A stretch of 53,516 nt of DNA from Promethearchaeota archaeon (GTDB lineage Archaea; Asgardarchaeota; Lokiarchaeia; Sigyniarchaeales; SOKP01), in NCBI GenBank assembly GCA_048938025.1, contig JBHLMP010000027.1:1-53516 (forward strand), written 5' to 3'. The notes beneath the pieces are model-generated. The model was given only the letters and a program-made list of their open reading frames with translations, did no database searches and was not told where the DNA came from. The position numbers and the translations under genes were made by a program. Below, in pieces: positions 1-8,418 of the stretch; the first letter of the stretch is position 1; each line of letters starts with the position of its first letter.

Positions 1-380
1 CTATCCCATAAATCTAACATTTTCAAATAATATTCAATTCGCTCCTTCCGTTTATTTTCTGGATATTGATAGAGTTTTGCAATGAAATTTAAATTTTTAT
101 ATGCGGTCATGTCTTCATAAAGACCCACATTTTCAGGTAGAATTCCGATTATTTTACGAATTGCAAGATGATCTTCTTTATTATCAAGGGATAAATCATC
201 TATAATCGCATTACCGCTGGTTTTTGATATGAGGCAACAAAGCATCCTAATTGCAGTTGTTTTACCCGCTCCATTAGGACCAAGCAAGCCAAATACTTCT
301 CCTTCTTCAATTTGCAAAGAAAGATTATCAACAGCTGTCAGATTTCCATATTTCTTGGTTAAATTTTCAAGTTTAATCAT
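1..380 (-). CDS. ABC transporter ATP-binding protein (N-terminal part; runs off the left edge)
   Basis: Hand translation from ATG at 380: MIKLENLTKKYGNLTAVDNLSLQIEEGEVFGLLGPNGAGKTTAIRML..., with Walker A GPNGAGKT. Not in the ORF track because it is truncated. Confidence 0.9.
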   Translation of the reverse strand, partial: MIKLENLTKKYGNLTAVDNLSLQIEEGEVFGLLGPNGAGKTTAIRMLCCLISKTSGNAIIDDLSLDNKEDHLAIRKIIGILPENVGLYEDMTAYKNLNFIAKLYQYPENKRKERIEYYLKMLDLWD

Positions 381-487
381 TATTATGCATCTTTTAAATT
401 TTACATTATAAGTTTAATACTATAATTTTTCCAAATTTTCAAGTAATAATTTAAAATTGTAATTTTCATAATGTCAGAAAAAATCTT

Positions 488-679
488 TCAGTTCGTGCTC
501 TTATCAATGGGTTTTACCTTAAGCTTCCAAATTAACCCGATCACTAATATAATTATTCCCGCGATTATTAATCCAAAGTAAATGACTGATAAACCATGTA
601 CAATGAGCAAAACAACACCTATAATTGTAATAATACATCCCGCTAATATGAGCCTTAATTTCAAGTTAGTCCAAAACAT
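488..679 (-). CDS. Small two-helix membrane protein
   Basis: 63 aa with two hydrophobic segments and a basic C-terminus. Purine-rich GGGAAGGG lies just upstream of the ATG. Confidence 0.65.
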   Translation of the reverse strand: MFWTNLKLRLILAGCIITIIGVVLLIVHGLSVIYFGLIIAGIIILVIGLIWKLKVKPIDKSTN

Positions 680-734
680 GTTTTTCCCTTCCCATTTATA
701 ATTTTAAAAAAAAATGAATATATAAATAGAGTTA

Positions 735-845
735 TTACAACACAAAAATCAAACTTCTTAAGTTTTTAAGTTTAAGAGATGTTGGTTTACTCTTCTTGAT
801 AAAGGCTTTCATGCTTTCACCAAAGTCATGCGTTCTAATATTTTC
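735..845 (-). pseudogene. Possible remnant of an enoyl-CoA hydratase (crotonase) C-terminus
   Basis: A stop-bounded frame reads ENIRTHDFGESMKAFIKKSKPTS, resembling the crotonase tail pattern T.DF.E...AF..K.KP. No N-terminal part is present. Confidence 0.25.
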
Positions 846-1068
846 TCAGAATTTATTATTTCCTCCCTCTTAATTTTTATATCATAAATTATGAATTTCT
901 ACTTTATTTAAAGAATTAGTTTTAGAAATATAAAAAACGGGAAATATCTTCAGATCTTAAAAAAATAATTTTTTAATAAATTTTTAACTGTTAAGTTTAT
1001 ACACCTTGATCTATTGAAAAAAAGTGTAGATAATGGAGTTTATGAATACTCCCTCTATTTTTTTTATA

Positions 1069-1176
1069 GTGGGTTATTTTTCCCGTTTTAGAATTGATAA
1101 TTTTAATAATAAGTCCCAAATTAATTATGATGAACAACTAAAGATTATCATTTGAAGGTTTCTTTGTATGAGAAAA
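1069..1176 (+). repeat. Copy 1 of a 108-bp imperfect direct repeat (duplicate of the upstream region and first codons of the gene at 2029)
   Basis: Ungapped hand alignment with 1930..2037 gives 14 mismatches in 108 nt. Both copies end ...gtATGAGAAAA. Here the ATG (1168) opens only a 14-codon frame. Confidence 0.9.
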
Positions 1177-1242
1177 CCGAGCAGTTGGAATATTTTTCAT
1201 ACTTGTTTCTGAATATCAAATATAAGCATTCTTGCTAAAAAT

Positions 1243-1764
1243 TTAATCTTCCTTCAACTCAACCCTGTATCGACAGCATTTATCACCTTTGGTAAGCAAT
1301 TTTGTGAACCCTTCGGTTTTAAACTTCGGGTTTAGCGCTTTAACAAAACTTCTAAGAGATTCGCCAATTAATACTTCGCAAAGATCAGGTGCTTTCGACC
1401 ATGGTTCCGTAACCGGACAAGTAAAGAGTTCTTTTTCAAAAGCTTTAGGTGTGTTTTCAACATACCCATCCCAGAAATTCGCATATCTATCATCTATGAA
1501 ATCAACCATCTTGGGAATCTTCATGCAATCCTTGAAATCCTCTGGTTTGCAACCTACTATTTTCATTATTGTTGCCGCATCTCTCTTACCCCTTTCTCGA
1601 TTTTCTTCCTTAAGTCTTTCAACGAATTTCTCGCCTCCGACTTCCTTCCCTACTGTATAAAGCAACACTGCCATCCGAGCCAAGGCTTTTGTCCAATTCT
1701 TATAACGCTTTCCCATCTCCTCCTCGCTAACCGGATACTTTTCATAATCAGGTATTTCTTTCAT
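1243..1764 (-). CDS. L-2-amino-thiazoline-4-carboxylate hydrolase-like / V4R-type Cys protein
   Basis: Pattern CP(x)..LC..x..GDxCCRY near the C-terminus and a helical N-terminal half. Confidence 0.65.
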   Translation of the reverse strand: MKEIPDYEKYPVSEEEMGKRYKNWTKALARMAVLLYTVGKEVGGEKFVERLKEENRERGKRDAATIMKIVGCKPEDFKDCMKIPKMVDFIDDRYANFWDGYVENTPKAFEKELFTCPVTEPWSKAPDLCEVLIGESLRSFVKALNPKFKTEGFTKLLTKGDKCCRYRVELKED

Positions 1765-1929
1765 AATATTTCCTCCTAATAAAAATAATAATCACTAAAA
1801 TAATTCTAGTGATTTTCACATCCCTATATTTTGCTAATATATTGTTGTTTAAATTACTTTTTATTTATAGTTAGATTTTAATACCTCCTAATCTATATTA
1901 GTTTTGTATTTTTTAGCTCGAATTTAATG

Positions 1930-2037
1930 GTGGGTCATCATTCCCTTGATAGAATTGATAATCTTAATAATTAGTATCAAATTACTTATGATGAACAACA
2001 AAAGATTATCATTAGAAGGTTTCTTAGTATGAGAAAA
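1930..2037 (+). repeat. Copy 2 of the 108-bp direct repeat; native promoter/leader of the ArcE-like gene
   Basis: Matches 1069..1176 and contains the ATG at 2029. Confidence 0.9.
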
Positions 2038-3369
2038 AAAGTTATTATCATTGGCGCTTTAGGGATGGATTTTCATGTATTTAGTACTGTGTTCAAAGAT
2101 AATGAAGAATATGAAGTAATAGCTTTTACTATTGCTGGCGAACAGAACGTTGGTACCACTGAAGAAGCTGAAAGAAAATTTCCAGCAGAATTAGCAGGGA
2201 AATTATATCCAAATGGAATCCCAATGGTATCAGAAGAGTTGCTTGAAGATTTAATTAAAAAAAACAACGTTGATGAAGTTGTTTTTGCTTACTCAGATGT
2301 ATCTCATGAAGAAGTTATGCATAAAGCATCTCGAGCTTTATCTGCGGGAGCAAATTATCGATTAATTTCAGGGAGATTTACTCAACTCAAAGCTAATAAA
2401 CCTATAATTGCTATATGTGCTGTTAGAACTGGTTGTGGAAAAAGTCAAGTATCTCGAGCAACTTATAGATATCTTAAGAGTAAAGGGTATAATGTTGTAG
2501 CTATTCGTGAACCAATGCCTTATGGTGATTTAGTTCAGCAAAATGTCATGAGATTTGAAAAATATGACGATCTTGATAAATACGATTGCAGTATTGAAGA
2601 ACGTGAAGAATATGAACCTTATATTAGACAGGGATTGGTTATATATTCTGGAGTTGATTACGAGAAGATAATCAGAGAGGCAGAAAAAGAAGCAGATGTT
2701 ATTATTTTTGATGGGGGAAATAATGAGATTTCTTTCTATATTACTGATTTGCTTTTTGTTGTTGTAGATCCGTTAAGACCAGGACATGAAAACAAATATC
2801 ATCCGGGAGAAGTTAATGCTAAATATGCTGACGTTTTTGTAATAAACAAAATGAATAGTGCTAAACCCGAAGATGTAAAAATCGTGGAAAAAAATCTTAA
2901 TGAGCTGAATCCAAATGCAATAAAAGTTTATACAAATTCAGTGGTTAAAGCAGAAGATCCTTTAAAGCTGAAAGGAAAGAAAGTTGTGGTTGTAGAAGAT
3001 GGTCCTACATTAACACATGGAGGAATGTCTATTGGAGCAGCATATGTTGCTGCAAAAAATGCAGAAGCGAAAATTATTGACCCTAGAAAATATTTAGTAG
3101 GGTCTATGAAAGATGTTTTCGAAGATTTCCCTCAAATTACACAAATTGTGCCTGCCATGGGATACACAGACCAACAAATAGATGACTTAGAAAAAACACT
3201 TAATAATGTGAAGGCAGATATAATCTTGAATGGTAGTCCTATAGACTTAACCAAATTGATTAAAGCAAATAAACCAATTGTGAAAGTATCGTATGATATT
3301 GAAGCCATTGGAAGTCCTACAATTGAAGAAGTACTTGATGATTTTATTAATAAATTTCTAAAAAAGTAA
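2029..3369 (+). CDS. arcE: Arginine synthetase (ArcE)-like P-loop enzyme (cyclic 2,3-diphosphoglycerate synthetase-like family)
   Basis: Family motifs AYSDVSH, AVRTGCGKSQ (P-loop), PMPYGDL, IEEREEYEP, GVDY, DGGNN, EDGPTLTHGGM and PAMGY. OTC and carbamate kinase are in the same cluster. Confidence 0.75.
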   Translation: MRKKVIIIGALGMDFHVFSTVFKDNEEYEVIAFTIAGEQNVGTTEEAERKFPAELAGKLYPNGIPMVSEELLEDLIKKNNVDEVVFAYSDVSHEEVMHKASRALSAGANYRLISGRFTQLKANKPIIAICAVRTGCGKSQVSRATYRYLKSKGYNVVAIREPMPYGDLVQQNVMRFEKYDDLDKYDCSIEEREEYEPYIRQGLVIYSGVDYEKIIREAEKEADVIIFDGGNNEISFYITDLLFVVVDPLRPGHENKYHPGEVNAKYADVFVINKMNSAKPEDVKIVEKNLNELNPNAIKVYTNSVVKAEDPLKLKGKKVVVVEDGPTLTHGGMSIGAAYVAAKNAEAKIIDPRKYLVGSMKDVFEDFPQITQIVPAMGYTDQQIDDLEKTLNNVKADIILNGSPIDLTKLIKANKPIVKVSYDIEAIGSPTIEEVLDDFINKFLKK

Positions 3370-3385
3370 TGAATAGGGTGAAAAA

Positions 3386-3949
3386 ATGGAAAAACCTAAA
3401 ATTTTAATTGCTTATGGTACTCGTTATGGGGCGACTGCGAGTACTTCAGCAGAGATTGCCAATGTCCTTCAAAATGAAGGTTTTGAGGTAAGAGTCGTAA
3501 ATCTCAAAGACGAGAAAGTCAAAGATATCTCAGAATTTGATATGATTATAATTGGGAGTGGAATGAAAATGGAAATGTGGACAAGCAAAGCTAAAGCATT
3601 TCTAAAGAAGTTTAGCAATGACCTCAAAAAAAAGAAAGTAGCAATCTTCGTATCTTCAGGTGCACGAGCACTCATGGAATATAAAGGAGAGGATGATGAA
3701 ATCAAGAGAATTACTAAGAAATATCTTGAAGATAAAGCTTCTAAATATGAATTGAATCCAATTTCGATGGAAATGTTTGGAGGTATCTGGGATTATAATC
3801 AGATGGGTAAAATTTTTAGAAAATTCTTAGATGAGGAAAAGGAAAATTTTATTCCAGCAGGTTTTAAAGAAACAGAGCCAGGAGTTTACGATTCAAGAAA
3901 TTGGGATGAGATTCGTAAATGGGCTGAAGAATTAGCTAGAAATATTTAA
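3386..3949 (+). CDS. Flavodoxin-domain protein (HemG/Flavodoxin_5-like)
   Basis: N-terminal ILIAYGTRYGAT FMN-phosphate loop, IIIGS, VAIFVS, and C-terminal DSRNWDEIRKWA. Confidence 0.85.
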   Translation: MEKPKILIAYGTRYGATASTSAEIANVLQNEGFEVRVVNLKDEKVKDISEFDMIIIGSGMKMEMWTSKAKAFLKKFSNDLKKKKVAIFVSSGARALMEYKGEDDEIKRITKKYLEDKASKYELNPISMEMFGGIWDYNQMGKIFRKFLDEEKENFIPAGFKETEPGVYDSRNWDEIRKWAEELARNI

Positions 3950-4114
3950 TTTCTATTTAAATCCAATCAATTAAAAATTTGAATAGTTTGGTTTTTTTTA
4001 AACTTCAATTTTTAATCATATAAATAATATTTAATTCTAAAGTCTCATTAAATCATCCATAGGTTAAACTTATGATTTTAATTTAGTACTCAGAACCTAA
4101 TGGAATGAAACTTT

Positions 4115-6295
4115 ATGATTTTAGCAGAAAAGAAATATGAAATTCACGAAGTTCAAAAGGGTTATGCTAATAGAACTTTATATATTAATCTATCTAAAAA
4201 TGAGATTATTATTAAGCCAGTTACCGATGAAATGAAAGAAAAATTCATTGGCGGTAAAGGTTTTGATTTGTGGCTCATGTGGAATTCTCTTCCAAAAGAA
4301 AAGAAGGTGAAATGGGATGATCCTGAGAATGAAATCTGTATATCATCAGGTCCTTTAGGGGGAAGTATTTTTTATCCAGGTTCTGGAAAATCAATTGTTA
4401 CCTCTATATCACCATTAACAGGGATCATTATTGATAGTAATGTGGGAGGTTATTTTGGACCATTTCTCAAATTTACTGGATTTGACGTTCTTGAAATTCA
4501 AGGGAAGGCAGAAAAAGAAATAATAATCTATATTGATGGAATAGAAGGATTAATCCAGATTCTAGAAGTCAATGAATCTGATGGGCTTTCTGAATATTCC
4601 CATGAACTTGCCCAACAATTAACAGAAAAATATGCTAAAGATGATGCTGAAAAAAGACAAATTTCAGTTGTGACCTCTGGTCCAGCAGCGAAACATTCTA
4701 AATGGGGTATGCTTAACTTTTCGTGGTATACACCAGTAAGAAAACGAGCATCATTTAAACAAGCTGGTAGAGGGGGTATAGGAACTGTTTTTAGTGATAA
4801 GAAAGTCAGAGCATTAGTATGTCGTGCTCCTAAAATTACTGTAAAGTCAAATAATCCTGCTGATTTGGAAACAGCTCGAGAAATAGGAAGAATACATAGT
4901 AAAGAAATTGTAGATCTTGATCCAACGCAAAATGAAATGCGCCGAGTTGGTACAGGTTACCTCCCTGATATTATGAATGTTGTTGATCTCCTTCCTACAG
5001 AGAATTTTCGTTATGGCTCTCATAAAAAAATAAAAGATAAAAACATTCCTTATAATCGCGAAGAGATGCGTAAAGTTTATCATGTTAAAGAGGGTACAGA
5101 TGGTTGCTGGATTGGTTGCACTATGAGTTGTTCACATTATTCAAATCCTCATAAAGTTTTGACTGGTCCATTTAAAGGTCAAGAAGTTATTGTTGAGGGA
5201 CCTGAATACGAAACAATAGCTGGATGTGGACCGAACTGGGACGTTTGGGATCCAAAATGGGTTCTTGAGGTTAACTTTTATTGTGACACATATGGACTTG
5301 ATACAATTTCTATAGGGACTGGTATTGGCTTTGTAATGGAATGTTATGAAGAAGGAATATTAAACAAAGAAATCACTGGAGGTCTTGAACTTAATTTTGG
5401 TAATGCTGAAGCTGCTTTAGAATTAATTCATCAAATGGCTAAAGGAGATGGGTTTGGAGTCATTGTAGGTCAAGGAATAAGAGAAATGAAAAAATATTTT
5501 GTAGAAAATTATGGTGGAGACCCTCAATTTTTACATGATATTGGTATGGAGCATAAAGGTTTAGAATTTTCAGAATATATAACAAAAGAATCACTAGCCC
5601 AACAAGGAGGGTATGGATTAGCACTTAAAGGACCGCAACACGATGAGGCCTGGTTAATTTTTGAAGATATGGTAAGAAATACATTACCTACCTTTGAAGA
5701 TAAAGCAAAAGCATTACGTTGGTTTCCTTATTGGCGCACTTGGTTTGGTTTAAATGGACTCTGCAAGTTACCATGGAATGATGCGATAGGGCCTCAAAAT
5801 AAAGAACTTCCAGTGAAGGATCCTAAAACGGGTGAACTACTCCAAGCAAGGATACCTTATCATGTTGATTGGTATGCCAAATATTTCTCAGCAGTTACGG
5901 GAAGGCAATCTACTCCAGATGATCTTATTAAAATGTCTGAAAGAGTTTACAATTTTCAGAGAATTTTTAATATTCGATTAGGAGAGGGATTACGTGAAGG
6001 TGATTCTAACTTACCATACAGAGCAATGGGTCCAGTAACTCCTTTAGAATATGAAAGTCGCGTTGATAGGTATGATAATCAGCTTAATGAATTAGGATTT
6101 AACATTGAGAGAAAATCAACAGAGGAAAAAATAAAAATACTTCGAAAACATCGAGAAGAACAATATTCCAAACTTCAAGATGTCGTATATAAAGAACGTG
6201 GTTGGAACCAAAAAGGGTGTCCTACTATTAAACTAGTTAAAGAACTAGGAATTGATTACGATGATGTAATTTCTGTAGTTTCTCCTCACCAATAA
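4115..6295 (+). CDS. aor: Tungsten-type aldehyde:ferredoxin oxidoreductase
   Basis: SPLTG...DSNVGG, AGRGGIG, the Fe-S motif CWIGCTMSC, GPEYETI, CDTYGLDTIS, and C-terminal YKERGW. Confidence 0.9.
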   Translation: MILAEKKYEIHEVQKGYANRTLYINLSKNEIIIKPVTDEMKEKFIGGKGFDLWLMWNSLPKEKKVKWDDPENEICISSGPLGGSIFYPGSGKSIVTSISPLTGIIIDSNVGGYFGPFLKFTGFDVLEIQGKAEKEIIIYIDGIEGLIQILEVNESDGLSEYSHELAQQLTEKYAKDDAEKRQISVVTSGPAAKHSKWGMLNFSWYTPVRKRASFKQAGRGGIGTVFSDKKVRALVCRAPKITVKSNNPADLETAREIGRIHSKEIVDLDPTQNEMRRVGTGYLPDIMNVVDLLPTENFRYGSHKKIKDKNIPYNREEMRKVYHVKEGTDGCWIGCTMSCSHYSNPHKVLTGPFKGQEVIVEGPEYETIAGCGPNWDVWDPKWVLEVNFYCDTYGLDTISIGTGIGFVMECYEEGILNKEITGGLELNFGNAEAALELIHQMAKGDGFGVIVGQGIREMKKYFVENYGGDPQFLHDIGMEHKGLEFSEYITKESLAQQGGYGLALKGPQHDEAWLIFEDMVRNTLPTFEDKAKALRWFPYWRTWFGLNGLCKLPWNDAIGPQNKELPVKDPKTGELLQARIPYHVDWYAKYFSAVTGRQSTPDDLIKMSERVYNFQRIFNIRLGEGLREGDSNLPYRAMGPVTPLEYESRVDRYDNQLNELGFNIERKSTEEKIKILRKHREEQYSKLQDVVYKERGWNQKGCPTIKLVKELGIDYDDVISVVSPHQ

Positions 6296-6331
6296 TTAAT
6301 ATCACATTTTAAAAAAAAATAAGGATTCTAA

Positions 6332-8407
6332 ATGGAAAATATAAAAGAACATCCAATTTTAGAGATACCAGAAAGAAAGAAGATATCATTTACTTTTGAC
6401 GGCATTGAATTAATTGGATTTAAAGGAATGGTCATATCTTCGGCTCTTTTTCTCAATAAGATAAAAACTTTCGGTCATCATGTTAAAGATAACAGCCCAC
6501 AAGGTATGTTTTGTGCCAATGGACAGTGTTCCCAATGTAATGTTATAGTAAATGGTATTCCTGTAAAAGCTTGTATGACACCCCTAGATGAGGGTATGAT
6601 TATAGAAAGCTGTAATGGATTGCCAGATTTACCTGCTATTGATAATCCTGTGAAAGTAGGGGATTCAGATATAATTGATACAGAATTGTTAGTTATTGGT
6701 GCTGGTCCAGCTGGACTTTCTGCTACTAAGATATTAGGGGAAAATAATATCAATATTATATTAGTTGATGATAAAAGTAATCTTGGAGGTAAATTAGTAC
6801 TTCAGACACATAAATTTTTTGGTTCACAAAAGGATGTATATGCTGGTACTCGTGGAATCGATATTGCTAAAATTCTTGGTAATATAGTCCAAGAATTACC
6901 TACCGTTGATACTTGGCTCAATAGTGTTTGCTTAGCTGTTTTTAGTGATGGTTTAGTTGGAATTTTAAAGGATAACAAAAATTATGTTTTAGTTAAACCT
7001 ACTTATATTCTCGTTGCTACAGGTGCAAGAGAAAAAATGTTAATTTTTCCGGGGAATACACTTCCAGGAGTATACGGGGCAGGAGCTTTTCAAACTTTAG
7101 TAAATCGTGATTTAATTAGAGCAGCAGAAAAGATTTTTATTGTGGGAGGAGGAAATGTAGGGTTAATTGCTGGTTATCATGCAATCCAAGCAGGAATGGA
7201 ACTTATTGGTTTAATTGAAGCTTTACCTCAATGTGGTGGATATAAAGTACATGAAGATAAACTCAGAAGATTAGGTGTCCCTATTTATACCAACCACACA
7301 ATTTTATCTGCAAATGGGAAAAATAAAGTAGAATCTATAACAATAGGTCAAATTGATAAGAATTTCAATATCATTACAGGTACAGAAAAAACTTATGAAT
7401 GCGATACAATTCTAATTGCTGTTGGCTTAAATCCTGTTGATGAATTTTATTATAAAGCAAAAGAATTTGGATTGCAAGTTTGGGTTGCTGGTGATGCTCA
7501 AGAAATTGCTGAAGCTTCTGCTGCAATTTTTACTGGTAGAATTGAGGCTTTAAAGATATTAAAAGAGATTGGAATCGAAGTTAGAGAAGATATTAATGAA
7601 CTTCAAAATTTTGCTGAGCTAATGAAAGCTAAACCGCCAAATCCAATAAAAACAGAGATAACCTTTAAAGAGGAAGGAATTTATCCCGTTTTTTATTGTA
7701 ATCAAGAAATTCCATGTAATCCATGTACATCAGTTTGTCCGCAGGAACAGATTGAAACTGTGGATGACTTGATTACCCAATTACCCTTTTTTAAAGGCAA
7801 AGAAGATTGTTTGGGCTGTGGAAAATGTGTGGCTGTTTGTCCTGGATTAGCAGTTATTTTGATTGATTTTAGGAAAGATAAAGAAAACCCTCTTGTTACT
7901 TTTCCGCTTGAACTTACTCAGGAAAAATTAGAAAAGGGTAAAAAAGTCACAGTCGTTAGCAATGAAAAAGAATTAGGAGAATTTGAAGTATACAGATCAC
8001 GAATATTACCTGAATTCCCTAAAACTCAATTAATTACTGTTAAATTGCCATCTGAAATAGCAAAACAAGCAATAGCGATTAAGCTGCTAAAAAGTGTTTA
8101 TAATGAGCCCATTGAGGTATATCAACCATCATTTACAGAAGATGATACAATAGTTTGTAGATGTGAGCGTATATCAGTTGGAGAGATAAGGAAATGGATT
8201 CGTGCTGGAGTAAGAGATTTTAATGAATTGAAGGCACTAACTAGAGTAGGTATGGGCGCATGTGGAGGAAAAACGTGTACTCCCCTTATTGAACAGATTT
8301 TTCGAGAGGAAGGTATATCTATAGAGAAAATTACACCCGGTACAAAACGACCATTATTTATTGAAGTACCAATGGGAATTTTTGCTAAAGCACATGATAA
8401 AGAATAA
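6332..8407 (+). CDS. Multidomain FAD/NAD oxidoreductase with N-terminal 2Fe-2S, 4Fe-4S dicluster and C-terminal BFD-like 2Fe-2S domains (proline dehydrogenase/sarcosine oxidase alpha-like fusion)
   Basis: CANGQCSQC...C; GAGPAG; ATGARE; GGGNVG; CNPCTSVCP and CLGCGKCVAVCP; CRCE...GMGACGGKTC. Confidence 0.85.
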   Translation: MENIKEHPILEIPERKKISFTFDGIELIGFKGMVISSALFLNKIKTFGHHVKDNSPQGMFCANGQCSQCNVIVNGIPVKACMTPLDEGMIIESCNGLPDLPAIDNPVKVGDSDIIDTELLVIGAGPAGLSATKILGENNINIILVDDKSNLGGKLVLQTHKFFGSQKDVYAGTRGIDIAKILGNIVQELPTVDTWLNSVCLAVFSDGLVGILKDNKNYVLVKPTYILVATGAREKMLIFPGNTLPGVYGAGAFQTLVNRDLIRAAEKIFIVGGGNVGLIAGYHAIQAGMELIGLIEALPQCGGYKVHEDKLRRLGVPIYTNHTILSANGKNKVESITIGQIDKNFNIITGTEKTYECDTILIAVGLNPVDEFYYKAKEFGLQVWVAGDAQEIAEASAAIFTGRIEALKILKEIGIEVREDINELQNFAELMKAKPPNPIKTEITFKEEGIYPVFYCNQEIPCNPCTSVCPQEQIETVDDLITQLPFFKGKEDCLGCGKCVAVCPGLAVILIDFRKDKENPLVTFPLELTQEKLEKGKKVTVVSNEKELGEFEVYRSRILPEFPKTQLITVKLPSEIAKQAIAIKLLKSVYNEPIEVYQPSFTEDDTIVCRCERISVGEIRKWIRAGVRDFNELKALTRVGMGACGGKTCTPLIEQIFREEGISIEKITPGTKRPLFIEVPMGIFAKAHDKE

Positions 8408-8418
8408 GGAGATTTACT

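Noticed and set aside
229-411. 60-aa plus-strand ORF from the track, and the other short ORFs lying inside or antisense to long genes (e.g. 1289..1660, 15391..15771, 19720..20301, 22636..23013, 39027..39344)
   Set aside because: These are shadow frames of well-supported genes. 229..411 is the typical antisense reading of an ABC ATPase Walker A region.
934-1089. 11-bp inverted repeat AAAACGGGAAA / TTTCCCGTTTT about 155 bp apart, suggesting a MITE
   Set aside because: Short and A/T-rich, no target-site duplication seen, and the right arm lies inside the duplicated promoter segment.
2029-3369. Annotation as cyclic 2,3-diphosphoglycerate synthetase or a generic GTPase
   Set aside because: There is no 2-phosphoglycerate kinase nearby, and the context (OTC, CK, OAT) and motifs fit the ArcE branch better.
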